A DNA stretch of 64,000 nucleotides, taken from Chloroflexota bacterium (lineage in GTDB: Bacteria > Chloroflexota > UBA11872 > VXOZ01). The notes below the pieces were generated by a model. It did no database searches and was not told the DNA's origin. It was given only the letters and a program-made list of their open reading frames with translations. The DNA lies in assembly GCA_965216245.1 (NCBI GenBank), contig OZ244145.1, positions 820,943 through 884,942 of the forward strand, given 5' to 3'. A program made the translations under genes and the position numbers. Shown here piece after piece: positions 9,102 through 19,366 of the stretch. Numbering within the stretch: position 1 is the first letter of the stretch; the number at the start of each line of letters is the position of its first letter.

Positions 9102-10238
9102 CTAGCGCAGTGGCGCCGCATATATCTGACCGCCCTTGGGGCAGTCCGAGCACGGGGCATTCGACCACAACGCGTTGCGGGATCCTTCCCGCGGTAGATC
9201 GATGTCTGTCTCCGGACCCAAGTTCCGCGCATAGATCTCGCCGTAGTTCCCAACCATCTTGATTACGGTCTGCCCTACGATTTTATCGAGGCCCAATTCA
9301 TCTTGCCCGAACGAACCCTCTGTGCCAAGCAAGCGCTTTGCCTTCACGTTGTCCCCAACGGCCATCTCGTCAACGTTGGTCGAGTTGATACCGTACGCCT
9401 CGGCGTAAATCAAGATGCTCATTACCGTCTTTACAATGTCGAACCACTGCTCGTCGCCGTGAGGCACCAGCGGTCCCAGCGGCTCCTCGGAAATCGTCTC
9501 CGGCAGGATGACGTGTTCATCCGGATTAGTCAAAGAACTCCGCAGCGCCGTAAGCGCCGAGCGGTCGGTCGTGAACACTTCACAGGCGCCGCTCTTATAG
9601 GCCGCGAAGGCCACTTGCGCCTCTTCGAATGTCTTTGGATTATACTCCATATTGTTCTGGCGGAAGAAGTCGGCCATGTTCAGCTCAGAAGTGGTGCCGG
9701 TATTTACGCAGACCGCCGCGCCTGCCAACTCGTACGCGCTCGCCACTCCCAGGTTCCTAGGTACCATGAAGCCCTGGCCGTCATAGAACATCGTTTGCAC
9801 GAAATTTCCCCAAGCGGCGTCGCGGGACGTCGTCCACGTTGTCACGTACACGAGTAAATCCACTTCGCCCGACTGCATCACAGGCCCGCGCTCGGCAGCC
9901 GAAATCAGACGAATCTCAACGGCATCAGGATCACCTAACACGCCCGCAGCCACGGCCCGGCAGAGATCGATGTCAAAACCGACACTATTACCGGTTTCGT
10001 CCACGTAGCCAAACCCCGGCGTGTCGTTGAGGCTGGCACAGATGAGACGACCCCGAGCGCGCACTGCCTCAAGACGCGAGGTCTCAGCCTGCGCCACTAC
10101 AGCCTCGGTCTCAGGTTTTTCGGCAGAATTTTCCATCTCCGGCTCGGTAGTCGTGGCGCAGGCCGCGCTCAGCGCGAACATGAGCGCCATTCCCAAGACA
10201 GCCAAACACTTTCCCGTCTGATTCAAGCAAGTCCTCAT
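9102..10238 (-). CDS. General L-amino-acid ABC transporter substrate-binding lipoprotein (AapJ-like), copy 1.
   Basis: Signal peptide plus lipobox LSAAC. It has a family-3 SBP-like fold and shares most of its length with 10495-11622. Confidence 0.8.
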   Translation of the reverse strand: MRTCLNQTGKCLAVLGMALMFALSAACATTTEPEMENSAEKPETEAVVAQAETSRLEAVRARGRLICASLNDTPGFGYVDETGNSVGFDIDLCRAVAAGVLGDPDAVEIRLISAAERGPVMQSGEVDLLVYVTTWTTSRDAAWGNFVQTMFYDGQGFMVPRNLGVASAYELAGAAVCVNTGTTSELNMADFFRQNNMEYNPKTFEEAQVAFAAYKSGACEVFTTDRSALTALRSSLTNPDEHVILPETISEEPLGPLVPHGDEQWFDIVKTVMSILIYAEAYGINSTNVDEMAVGDNVKAKRLLGTEGSFGQDELGLDKIVGQTVIKMVGNYGEIYARNLGPETDIDLPREGSRNALWSNAPCSDCPKGGQIYAAPLR

Positions 10239-10439
10239 GGCATTCCCAGCCTCTTTGCTAAAGGCACCCTAAGACTCCACATCAATCAGAGCATACACCC
10301 ATTGCCGCAGCAGGGAAACCATTCGCAGTGCGGCACGCTGCGTAAGCTAGTCTATCTTGAACCTTGACCCAGCCCCTCATAACTACAGCGCAACACTGCT
10401 CCAGCATCCAGCAGCGCAGCGAGGTGGTAATACCAAAAG

Positions 10440-10475
10440 TCGCGTCGACCCGGAAGAGGTCCAGGCCGACGCGAC
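10440..10475. terminator. Hairpin GTCGCGTCG-N18-CGACGCGAC between the two aapJ paralogs.
   Basis: 9-bp stem read directly from the sequence. Confidence 0.35.
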
Positions 10476-10494
10476 GATTATCAGCGACTACGAA

Positions 10495-11622
10495 CTAGCG
10501 CAGCGGCGCAGCATAGATCTGTCCGCCCTTCGGGCAGTCAGTGCAAGGCGCATTCGACCACAGCGCATTGCGCGAACCCTCACGCGGCAGATTGACGTCC
10601 GTCTCCGGACCCAAGTTCCGCGCATAGATCTCGCCATAGTTGCCTACTGCCTTGATAACGTTCTGGCCCACTAGCTTATCAAGTCCCAACTGTTCTTGAC
10701 CAAATCCGCCTTCCGTGCCCAGCAAGCGCTTCGCCTTCACATTATCGCCAACGGCCATCGCGTCAACGTTGGTCGAGTTGATGCCGTAGGCTTCGCCGTA
10801 GATCAGGATGCTCATCACGGTCTTCACAATGTCGAACCACTGCTCGTCACCGTGGGGCACCACCGGTCCCAGCGGCTCCTCGGAAATCGTCTCCGGTAGA
10901 ATGATGTGTTCATCCGGATTAGGCAGAGCCGTCCTCAGCGCGGCAAGCTGCGAGCGGTCGTTAGTAAAGACTTCGCACGCGCCACTCTTGTAGGCTTCAA
11001 GCACCACGTCTGTATCTTCATAGACCTTCGGGTTGTACTCCAAGCCGTTCTGGCGGAAGTAGTCGGCCATGTTCAACTCGGTGGTCGTACCGCTGGTCAC
11101 ACAGACCGCGGCGCCAGCCAACTCAAGTGCGCTACTCACACCCAGGCTCTTCGGAACCATGAAGCCCTGGCCGTCGTAGAACATTGTCTGCGCGTAGTTA
11201 CCCCATGCAGCATCGCGCGAGGTCGTCCATGTGACGGTGCGTACGAGCAAGTCCACCTCGCCCGACTGGACGGTAGGTCCGCGCTCGGCAGCCGTAATCA
11301 AGCGGATTTCAAATGCATCCGGGTCGTTCAGCACGGCCGCTGCCACGGCGCGGCAAAGGTCGATGTCGAAGCCCACGCTATTGCCGGCCTCGTCTATGGA
11401 ACCGTAGCCCGGCACATCGTTGCGGCTAGCGCAAATGACGTGTCCCCGTTCCTTCACGGTTTCCAAGCGTGAAGTCTTAGCCGTTTCCACCACCACGGGC
11501 TTGGGTTCGCCATCTTTTTCCATCTCTCCCGAATCCGCCTCGTCATCACCGCACGCCACACTGAAAAGCAGCGCGAGCATGACGCCCAAAACGACCAGGA
11601 GCTTACAAAGATTTCTCATCAT
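10495..11622 (-). CDS. General L-amino-acid ABC transporter substrate-binding lipoprotein (AapJ-like), copy 2 (tandem paralog).
   Basis: Signal peptide plus lipobox FSVAC. Long near-identical blocks are shared with copy 1 (e.g. GNSVGFDIDLCRAVAA, LPETISEEPLGP). Confidence 0.8.
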   Translation of the reverse strand: MMRNLCKLLVVLGVMLALLFSVACGDDEADSGEMEKDGEPKPVVVETAKTSRLETVKERGHVICASRNDVPGYGSIDEAGNSVGFDIDLCRAVAAAVLNDPDAFEIRLITAAERGPTVQSGEVDLLVRTVTWTTSRDAAWGNYAQTMFYDGQGFMVPKSLGVSSALELAGAAVCVTSGTTTELNMADYFRQNGLEYNPKVYEDTDVVLEAYKSGACEVFTNDRSQLAALRTALPNPDEHIILPETISEEPLGPVVPHGDEQWFDIVKTVMSILIYGEAYGINSTNVDAMAVGDNVKAKRLLGTEGGFGQEQLGLDKLVGQNVIKAVGNYGEIYARNLGPETDVNLPREGSRNALWSNAPCTDCPKGGQIYAAPLR

Positions 11623-11849
11623 TTCCCCTCCCTCATAGCACCTCTTCGTGCTTCGATATTGCGATCCATTATATTGACTACACTATCCCGTTGCAACTAA
11701 GAAAACTGCCCTATCAACATCGACTTGCCACCGGCATCTAGCCTCGTTGCCAAGCACAGCTTGACTTGCGGGCACATAGAGATGTCTCCTAGGCCTCCTT
11801 TCAATCGCAAATCACTAAACTGCGGTGCCGGAATAACTTGAATCTAGGG

Positions 11850-12791
11850 CTAACCAACCACCACGGACTGCTGCGCAAGCACACGTTCCGCTTCACGAGT
11901 TGAACGATCGTGGTATTCCACCCAATTCTCAAGACCGTACTCGCTCTTGATGCGTGACATCGGCCACGCGTCGTCGTTGGATTCCACCATGAATACGCCG
12001 TCGTCCCGTGTACCTATTATAGTTACCCTGTGCCCGAGATCCGTCTGCATCTGGCGAATCTGCTCGTATTGCATGTCGTAGTGGAAAACTTCAGCTTCAA
12101 GATCAACCGTACTGTGAGCCACGTGCACGCCCAAGCCACTGGCGGCAACCTCGTCTCCGAGTTTGTTGATAATGCGCGAGCGTCCGCCGCTCACCGAAGA
12201 GACGATGATGTAACTGTGCAGCCAGGCATACGCTCGCAACCGCAAGCCGCCGTCGCACATGCTTGGGAAGACTACAAGCTCGGCCCCTGCCGCGCCGAGC
12301 CGCGCCCACTCTTCCGGATAGTCAACGTCGAAGCAGATGAGCATTCCTACCCTGCCAAAATCCGTCTCGAAAACCGGCAATTCGGAATAGACTCCGGGAA
12401 CCGTCCCTGCCTCGAGCTCTCCCAGCGTAGGATGGACCTTGTCATATTGACCGACGATTTCGCCCTGACGATCAAAGAGGACGCTGGTATTGAGCCGCAC
12501 GTTACCGCGCACCTCACACATGCCGGCAACGACATACATGCCATGCTGACGGGCCTTTTCCGCATAGACGTCTGAGGTCGGACCGGGAATGGGCTCCCAT
12601 GCTTTCTCACGTTCCTCCGCGTCGCCCGACAGGCCCAAAATAGTGAATTCTTCCGGCAAGCACGCAAGATCAGCGCCCAAGCCTCCCATCCGATCCAGCA
12701 GTTCCGCCGCCAATTCGTGGTTCGCGGCAATCGAAGCGCGGCTACTCATGTGGCCGACGCACGCAGTGGCTACCAACGCTTTGCGCGGCAT
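11850..12791 (-). CDS. Carbon-nitrogen hydrolase family protein (nitrilase/amidase superfamily).
   Basis: CN-hydrolase layout with catalytic Glu, Lys and Cys. The Cys lies in the GMLICFD context. Confidence 0.75.
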   Translation of the reverse strand: MPRKALVATACVGHMSSRASIAANHELAAELLDRMGGLGADLACLPEEFTILGLSGDAEEREKAWEPIPGPTSDVYAEKARQHGMYVVAGMCEVRGNVRLNTSVLFDRQGEIVGQYDKVHPTLGELEAGTVPGVYSELPVFETDFGRVGMLICFDVDYPEEWARLGAAGAELVVFPSMCDGGLRLRAYAWLHSYIIVSSVSGGRSRIINKLGDEVAASGLGVHVAHSTVDLEAEVFHYDMQYEQIRQMQTDLGHRVTIIGTRDDGVFMVESNDDAWPMSRIKSEYGLENWVEYHDRSTREAERVLAQQSVVVG

Positions 12792-12962
12792 GCTCTTTGC
12801 TCCTCATTGAAAGAGAATAAACTCAAGGAAAAGCGTGTGTTCATTCACTAGAGTATACTCTAATTGCGGCAAAGTCAAACTAGCCTTTTTGTCAGATAGA
12901 GCCTCTTCTTGCGGGCTATGGCTTTCACCCGGTCTCGACCGATATCCGCGAAGAGCAAGAGA

Positions 12963-12996
12963 GGCTGCAGGGTCCACACAGTAGAGTCCTGCAGCC
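12963..12996. terminator. Hairpin GGCTGCAGG-N16-CCTGCAGCC downstream of the SBP gene at 13056.
   Basis: 9-bp stem read directly from the sequence. Confidence 0.35.
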
Positions 12997-13055
12997 AAAC
13001 TTCTCGAGCGTCCTAAAGACGCCGGATATTGCTCCTCAGTCTACTTGGACAGTCT

Positions 13056-14432
13056 TTACAGTCCTAGTCGTTCTGCCCACTCGTCCAGCGAATCCTGCCC
13101 GGCCTTCTCATACTGGGCGAGCGCTTCGGGAATAGTAGTCTTGCCGTCTTTGAGATCATTCAGCATCGTGTTGACCTCTCTGCGAATTACGGCAATCCCC
13201 GGCACGCCAAGCCAGAAATGAGCGCCCTCCATCTGGGCGATGACAAACTCCTTGAACGGGTCGCCTTCGGTGTAGTCCGCACTCTGTGCAGTGGCCTTCT
13301 GCACAGGGATGCGATCCATCGCAATCGACCACTTCAAATCAATATCGGGGCGGTACATGAAGTCCAGGAAGGCAAAACCTCCATCAGGATTCTCGCTGCC
13401 GCTCGGCAGGCAGAGCGCCCAGTCGCCTGTGTACGTGGCCAATTCGCCGCCTTCTGACGGCAAACCATAGCTTGCGTAGACCCAACTGAGCCCTTCGAAC
13501 CCGTTAATAGTGGGACGAGACGCATTCGTCGCGTATAGGTGCGACATAATCCCGTTACCGAATTGCTGGTTGAAGTTGGTGCCCTCATGGAAAGCCTTGA
13601 TCGCCGGCCAACCGCCCTGGGCCGCAAATTGCTTCATATGCCACTGCAGCGCCCGCACCGCCTTCTCATTGTTAACGGTGAATTTGGAGCGGTCGTCGCT
13701 GAAAATCGACCCGCCCTGCTGCCAGTAAGGCACCATCCATTGCGCCGAACCGCCGGAGCCACGGTATGGGTCCCAGGATAATCGCGCAACCTTGTCCCCT
13801 TCCGCTTTGAAAGTCTTGAGCACCACGGAATCCATCTCGTCCCAGGTTGCGGGCGGGTTCTCGGGGTCAAGCCCGGCTTCTAAGTAGTGCTCCGCATTGA
13901 TGTAAAGGAGCCGCGTATCTATGCTATAGGGCAACGCGGACCGTTGACCGCGGTAAGTGGTCTGCTTATCGGCATCCGGCCACATCTTTTCGGGCGCCAC
14001 GTTCTCGGAGGTCTTCTGGTACGAATCGAGCCAGCGAGTCACTTCTAGCAGAGCCCACTCATTCTGAATCCACGACTGGGTCTTCACCACGTCGGGAGCG
14101 GTGCCCGCGGCGACTACGGTAGCCACGTCATTGAAACCGCCATTTGGCTGTGGATTGGAAACCATGGTGTAGCCGCTGGTGGCATCGAATTCCCCTTTGA
14201 TCTCCTGAGGAACGGGTGCCTGCCCGAAGTCCCAATTGTTAAAGCCGTGGTGCCACACAATGACATCTTTGACTTCCGGTTCCGGTTGAGCTTCCGGTTG
14301 CTTGGCTTCAGGCTGGGCCTCTGCCTCCCCAGCACTCGGAGCAGTCACCGCCTGCCCACAAGAGCCAAGTAGCATAGCGCCGCCAATTAGCGGTGTGGCT
14401 CCCAAAATTGTACGCCGTGAAAAACGGGACAT
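13056..14432 (-). CDS. ABC transporter family-1 solute-binding lipoprotein with Tat-type signal (orphan; no permease nearby).
   Basis: MSRFSRRTILGA..LLGSCG RR motif plus lipobox, followed by an EAQPEAKQPE linker. It is paralogous to 4022-5467. Confidence 0.75.
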   Translation of the reverse strand: MSRFSRRTILGATPLIGGAMLLGSCGQAVTAPSAGEAEAQPEAKQPEAQPEPEVKDVIVWHHGFNNWDFGQAPVPQEIKGEFDATSGYTMVSNPQPNGGFNDVATVVAAGTAPDVVKTQSWIQNEWALLEVTRWLDSYQKTSENVAPEKMWPDADKQTTYRGQRSALPYSIDTRLLYINAEHYLEAGLDPENPPATWDEMDSVVLKTFKAEGDKVARLSWDPYRGSGGSAQWMVPYWQQGGSIFSDDRSKFTVNNEKAVRALQWHMKQFAAQGGWPAIKAFHEGTNFNQQFGNGIMSHLYATNASRPTINGFEGLSWVYASYGLPSEGGELATYTGDWALCLPSGSENPDGGFAFLDFMYRPDIDLKWSIAMDRIPVQKATAQSADYTEGDPFKEFVIAQMEGAHFWLGVPGIAVIRREVNTMLNDLKDGKTTIPEALAQYEKAGQDSLDEWAERLGL

Positions 14433-14971
14433 ACTGCAACCCCTTTACCTACCAACCTTAGGAACCACCGTTCTCCTGCCCAAACCAGTAGTTCCTGTAA
14501 GAACACTCAAGCGCAGACTTACAGCAAGGTTATCACAATCAATTCAATTGCAATAGCCAATTCTGCAAGCCATCATTCATGTCAAATCCCGCTACAAAAA
14601 CGCAAAAGAGATGTGGGGGTTGAAATACGGGCTGGGGGTTATTGCAGTATCCCACGCGTTGGCCTGCAAGACCGGGCAGCAGTTTTCATGTGCTTGCCGG
14701 ATTTAGAAATGCGATTTGGCCCGTTCGCGCCTGCTCGAATTCATCTGAATGCGGTACGGTGACCATGCGTCAATGAATCTCGGTATCAATGGCCGACCAC
14801 GCAAGGCGGTCTCGAAGAGATCACCCGGGTCGTTACAAAGAGCTCTGTGCTTGGATTGGGAAACATTGTGAATCATGCTTGCCGTCTAGTATGGTAGGAA
14901 TTAGAGGGCAACCGATCGCATCCACCGCCCCTTTCACCCGCCTCTACATGCAATAGGCACATTGACCACAC

Positions 14972-16438
14972 GTGGGCATCAGGATCTTACATACCAACGA
15001 CTTGCATGGCTTCGTGCGCGCGGCGCCGCGCCTGGCGCAGCGCGTGCAAGCAGAGCGCGCACAACACGACACTGTGCTCTTCATAGACGTTGGTGACTTC
15101 TTTCGACTAAATCGCCACCGCCGTCCGCAAGATGATGACCATGTGACGGCCTGGACTCTGCGCTCGCTTAGGTACGACATCGTAACGCCCGGGAATTCGG
15201 AACTCTCGCGCTTCGATCCTTGGCATCTGGACTTCTTGATCGCTCAGAACTGCGGCGCCATGCTCTGCACCAGCGGGTTCAACGCGCGCCTGCCGGCGTC
15301 GTGCCGACCCTACCGCTTGTTCACGCTGGACGGCTATCGGGTGTTGTTCATCGGCATCTGCACGGAAGACAACCACTGGGACTTGGCAGCGCCCACCAAC
15401 AACTTCTACGCTTCTGCGCGCCGTTCGGCGGCGAAGACCGCGAGCTTGGTGAACGCCTACCGCGATCGCGTAGATATGGTCGTTGTGCTCTCCCACTCCG
15501 GCATGGCGCAGGACATCCTGCTTGCCGAACAGATTCCAGAGATAGATCTCATTCTCAGCGGCCATTGCCACCATCCAACACTAAGGCCGATCTGCATTGG
15601 TAAGACGAAAATCGTCCAGGCCGGCCTCAACGGCATGTTTATGGGTCAGGTGGATATTACATCCTCAGATGGGAAACCTGTGATTGAGTCTAAGCTGCAT
15701 TCCATAGACGCGGAATCCCCTGAGGACCCGGTGATGGAGCGCCTTCTGCGCCTGCAGGGCCGACGGAAAGACCCCGAAATGCTGCGAACCATCGGCACTG
15801 CCGGGGAGAACGTGGGACAGGGCTACCTTTCGAGCAATGGGCTAGGCAACACCGTCACGGACATTTGGCGCAAGGCGACAGGAGCCGATATTGCTTGGAC
15901 GAAAGCGACCTTCATCACGCCGCTCTTTGCCCCAGGTCATGCCCTTACGGCCTGGGATATCCAACTCTGCATCAGAGGGTTCCCTCTCTCAAAATTGCTG
16001 ACGCTGACAGGCAATCAAGTCCGGCAAGCGCTCGAACACAGTGTCGCAGACCAATCGTATGCCTTCTTGCCACCCGATCGGCGTGACGAACTCGTGGGGC
16101 ATCTGGAATCCGCGTCGGCCCAGCCAGGCTGTAATTTCCTCCACCAATCCGGCATGCAGGTTCACGTCGACTTGACGCAACCGTTCGGCGAACGAGTGCA
16201 AGAGATTCGAGTGGGTGACAAGCCGCTGCAGCCAGAGGCTACCTACCGTGTGGCGATGGACGCATTCCACGCCAGAGGCGGATCGGCGTTTACGATGCTT
16301 GCCGATGCCCAAAGCCGAGAGGATCTAAGCATGGAAAACCCGATTGAGGCGTACGTGCGCGAGAATGGGACTCTCGAGGGTACGCTCGATGAGCGCTACA
16401 GCATCGTTGGGGCCACAGAGCTTGCCGCGCCGGCATGA
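14972..16438 (+). CDS. 5'-nucleotidase/UshA-like bifunctional metallophosphatase (calcineurin-like phosphoesterase domain plus 5'-nucleotidase C-terminal domain). There is no signal peptide.
   Basis: N-terminal ILHTNDLHG motif, a GNSE (GNHE-like) block and a long C-terminal substrate-binding domain. Confidence 0.75.
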   Translation: MGIRILHTNDLHGFVRAAPRLAQRVQAERAQHDTVLFIDVGDFFRLNRHRRPQDDDHVTAWTLRSLRYDIVTPGNSELSRFDPWHLDFLIAQNCGAMLCTSGFNARLPASCRPYRLFTLDGYRVLFIGICTEDNHWDLAAPTNNFYASARRSAAKTASLVNAYRDRVDMVVVLSHSGMAQDILLAEQIPEIDLILSGHCHHPTLRPICIGKTKIVQAGLNGMFMGQVDITSSDGKPVIESKLHSIDAESPEDPVMERLLRLQGRRKDPEMLRTIGTAGENVGQGYLSSNGLGNTVTDIWRKATGADIAWTKATFITPLFAPGHALTAWDIQLCIRGFPLSKLLTLTGNQVRQALEHSVADQSYAFLPPDRRDELVGHLESASAQPGCNFLHQSGMQVHVDLTQPFGERVQEIRVGDKPLQPEATYRVAMDAFHARGGSAFTMLADAQSREDLSMENPIEAYVRENGTLEGTLDERYSIVGATELAAPA

Positions 16439-16462
16439 CCGCAGAATGAACGTCGAGTACAC

Positions 16463-17359
16463 GTGATTCGCACGCTGCTTTCACTCACTGCTATCGGGGC
16501 CCTTGGCGTGGGGGCTTACGGAGCCTTCATTGAGCCATACCGCCTGGGCGTGCGGCGCGTCCGCGTGCCTGTATCGTCCCTCCGCGCACCCAATATCGCT
16601 ATTCGCATTCTCCATATTACCGATTTGCACTTTCGCGCTGGGGATTCACGGCGGGTGCGCATGCTGCAGCAGCTTTCCGAGTTGAAACCCGATCTCCTGC
16701 TCCTGACGGGCGACCTCATCCACGGCGGTCGTGATCCTGACGCCGAACTGCAGACGGTTCTTGAGGCGCTTGCGCCAATCCGCGCCAATTATGGCGCTTA
16801 TGCCGTGCTTGGAAATCACGACCACGTGCGCCGCCACCGCATAAGAAGTTGGTTCGGGCACCCGTTGCACTTTCACGATACGAGCAAACTGGTACGGACG
16901 CTGGAGTCCCACCAAATTCGCGTTCTAACCAACACGCATGCAAACGTTACTATTCACGGACAGCCCCTCACACTCTTTGGCGTGGACGATCCTTTCTACT
17001 GGCTTGACGACATTCAGCGTGCAACGGCGGGAGCGCCAAAGGATACCACACGCTTGCTGCTCGCGCACACGCCCGACATCATTCGCACCTTGGGCGATGA
17101 ACGGTTTGATCTCATACTTTCCGGCCACACGCACGGCGGGCAAATACGCTTGTCGGAGAGCATCGTTTGGCATACAAACACGCGCATCAAGCTGCCGCGC
17201 AACGCCGGCTTGATGCGGGTCGGCGACCACCTCGTCTATTGCTCCGGCGGAGTTGGGGTTTCCATGCTGCCAATCCGCCTCAATTGTCCGCCCGAAGTGG
17301 GATGGATCGAACTCGTGGCGGCACGGCCTGCAGAGCCGCAGCGCTCTGCAACAGCGTAG
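16463..17359 (+). CDS. Membrane-anchored calcineurin-like metallophosphoesterase (YkuE/CpdA-like).
   Basis: N-terminal TM helix, then the ILHITDLH, GDLIHGG, GNHD and GHTHGGQ phosphoesterase motifs. Confidence 0.7.
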   Translation: MIRTLLSLTAIGALGVGAYGAFIEPYRLGVRRVRVPVSSLRAPNIAIRILHITDLHFRAGDSRRVRMLQQLSELKPDLLLLTGDLIHGGRDPDAELQTVLEALAPIRANYGAYAVLGNHDHVRRHRIRSWFGHPLHFHDTSKLVRTLESHQIRVLTNTHANVTIHGQPLTLFGVDDPFYWLDDIQRATAGAPKDTTRLLLAHTPDIIRTLGDERFDLILSGHTHGGQIRLSESIVWHTNTRIKLPRNAGLMRVGDHLVYCSGGVGVSMLPIRLNCPPEVGWIELVAARPAEPQRSATA

Positions 17360-17367
17360 CAGCACAG

Positions 17368-18027
17368 ATGCTAGGCCCTATCTTACGTCTCCTCTTTTCC
17401 TTCATCCTGCTGCCGCTGCTCTTAGTCCTTCTCCACGTGCAAGCAGTCTCGCTGGCATTCTCCAACCTGGGTCTGTCACCCACGCTTGTGATCATAATCT
17501 TCTACCTCTCTCTGCTGGGGAGCTTCGTGAACATCCCGATTTCGCGCCGCAGAATTCGAGTAGAACGGAAGTCGCTGCTGCCCTTTCCCTTTTTCCTGCC
17601 GCTCTTCTACTACCCGCCGCGCGTACAAGAGCAAGTGGTCGCGGTGAACGTGGGCGGCGCGGTGGTCCCTCTATTGCTATCGCTCTACGTCTTGCCAAAT
17701 GCGCCAATCGGCAGTGTGCTCTTGGCTACTTCGGTAGTGGCTGCCGTATGCTTCGCGCTGGCGCGTCCGGTAAAGGGCGTAGGCATCACCATGCCCGCGC
17801 TAATACCGCCAATCATCGCAGCCGTACTGGCGTATCTGCTCGTCTCCGACCCCGCAGGGCGCACCGCCCTGGCTTACACTTCCGGGGTACTGGGCACCCT
17901 AATCGGTGCTGACGTTCTCAACTTGCCGCGCATCCACCGACTCGGCGCTCATGTCGTCAGCATTGGCGGGGCAGGGGTCTTTGATGGTATCTTCCTGGTA
18001 GGTATCTTGGCAGCAATTCTCACGTGA
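17368..18027 (+). CDS. Integral membrane protein, DUF1614-like. The start was moved to the MLGPIL Met; the upstream part of ORF 17167-18027 overlaps the previous gene in another frame.
   Basis: Several hydrophobic helices and a Gly-rich SIGGAGVFDGIF segment. It lies 8 bp after the preceding stop. Confidence 0.5.
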   Translation: MLGPILRLLFSFILLPLLLVLLHVQAVSLAFSNLGLSPTLVIIIFYLSLLGSFVNIPISRRRIRVERKSLLPFPFFLPLFYYPPRVQEQVVAVNVGGAVVPLLLSLYVLPNAPIGSVLLATSVVAAVCFALARPVKGVGITMPALIPPIIAAVLAYLLVSDPAGRTALAYTSGVLGTLIGADVLNLPRIHRLGAHVVSIGGAGVFDGIFLVGILAAILT

Positions 18028-18034
18028 GGAAGCA

Positions 18035-19252
18035 ATGAGCACAGCAGAAGTACAAACACGAGTCCGCGCACTGCAACCGGAACTCGTGGCCATACGCAGA
18101 AAAATCCACCAACACCCCGAAGTAGCCTTTGAACTGGATAGAACGACGCGCATTGTCGCCGACCGCCTCGCGGCATCAGGCTGGGAGGTGGAAACGGACG
18201 TGGGCGGGCAGGGCGTGGTCGGCATCTTGCACGGCAGCCGCCCCGGCAAAGTGCTCGCTATTCGTCCCGACATGGACGCACTGCCTTTCCCAGACTGGAA
18301 GCAAGTGCCCTACGCCTCGCAAACCCCAGACGTGATGCACGCCTGCGGACACGACGCCCACACGGCTATTGGGATCGGCATCGCCGATATCCTCGCGAAC
18401 ATGCGCGACCAGTTCCAAGGGACGGTCAAGCTGCTTTTCGATCCGGCAGAGGAGACGGGCGGGGCATCTGAAGCCCTGGGCGGCCCGCCGTGCGGACCCA
18501 AAGCGCTCCGCGCCGCCGGCGTGCTCGAGAATCCCAAGGTGGACGCCCTGATGGGGTTTCACAACCTGCCGGAAATTCCCGTCGGACAGGTCTGGGTGCG
18601 CTCCGGCGTTATCTTCACCGGCTACGATACGTTTGCAATGGAAGTTACGGGAAAAGAGACCCACGCCGCGCGCCGCCATCAGGGCAAGGACGCGATTCTA
18701 GCAGCGAGCAACGTCATCCAAACGCTCTATGGGGCCGGTTCCCGCATGGCGCCGGCAAACCAGGTCTACTCCCTGAACATCGGCCTCATCGAGGGCGGCA
18801 AGGACTACAACCTGATTCCATCTACGGTTAGAATGCGGGGCACCGTGCGCTGCGGCGACCTCCCTACCCGCACGAACCTCGGCAAGCGCTTGGAAGCCCT
18901 CGTGCATCCCGCGGCGGAGAGCGCGGACTGCACCGTGGATTTCAAATTTACCCCCGGCAATCCACCAGTGGTCAACGAGCCCGCCTTGACCTCGCTCGTG
19001 CATGAAACTGCAGCTTCAGTACTTGGCTCGGACAACGCCGTGCTCATGGACGCCCCGCTGCTCATTGGCGATACCTTCTGCTTCCTGGCAGAAGGAGTGC
19101 CCAGCATCTACTGGCTGTTCGGATCCGGCAATGCCGAACGCGGAATCACCCATCCGCTCCACCACAGCCTCTACGATCTAGACGAAGCTTCGATTGGGCA
19201 CGCGCTGCAAGTAGCGGTTGAAGCCAGTCTGGCGTATCTCAACGGCAGCTAG
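18035..19252 (+). CDS. M20D family amidohydrolase (aminoacylase/hippurate hydrolase-like).
   Basis: HACGHDAHTAIGIGIA metal-binding block and an N-terminal IHQHPEVAFEL motif. Confidence 0.8.
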   Translation: MSTAEVQTRVRALQPELVAIRRKIHQHPEVAFELDRTTRIVADRLAASGWEVETDVGGQGVVGILHGSRPGKVLAIRPDMDALPFPDWKQVPYASQTPDVMHACGHDAHTAIGIGIADILANMRDQFQGTVKLLFDPAEETGGASEALGGPPCGPKALRAAGVLENPKVDALMGFHNLPEIPVGQVWVRSGVIFTGYDTFAMEVTGKETHAARRHQGKDAILAASNVIQTLYGAGSRMAPANQVYSLNIGLIEGGKDYNLIPSTVRMRGTVRCGDLPTRTNLGKRLEALVHPAAESADCTVDFKFTPGNPPVVNEPALTSLVHETAASVLGSDNAVLMDAPLLIGDTFCFLAEGVPSIYWLFGSGNAERGITHPLHHSLYDLDEASIGHALQVAVEASLAYLNGS

Positions 19253-19366
19253 GTCTATTCCAGATCAGACAACGCTGGCAATTCACATCTTGAGTTCAGC
19301 ACCTGGATGAGTTTCAGCAACGCTGCAGAAAGTATCATTGCATGGGTTCCCGCTGCTAGGCCGAGG

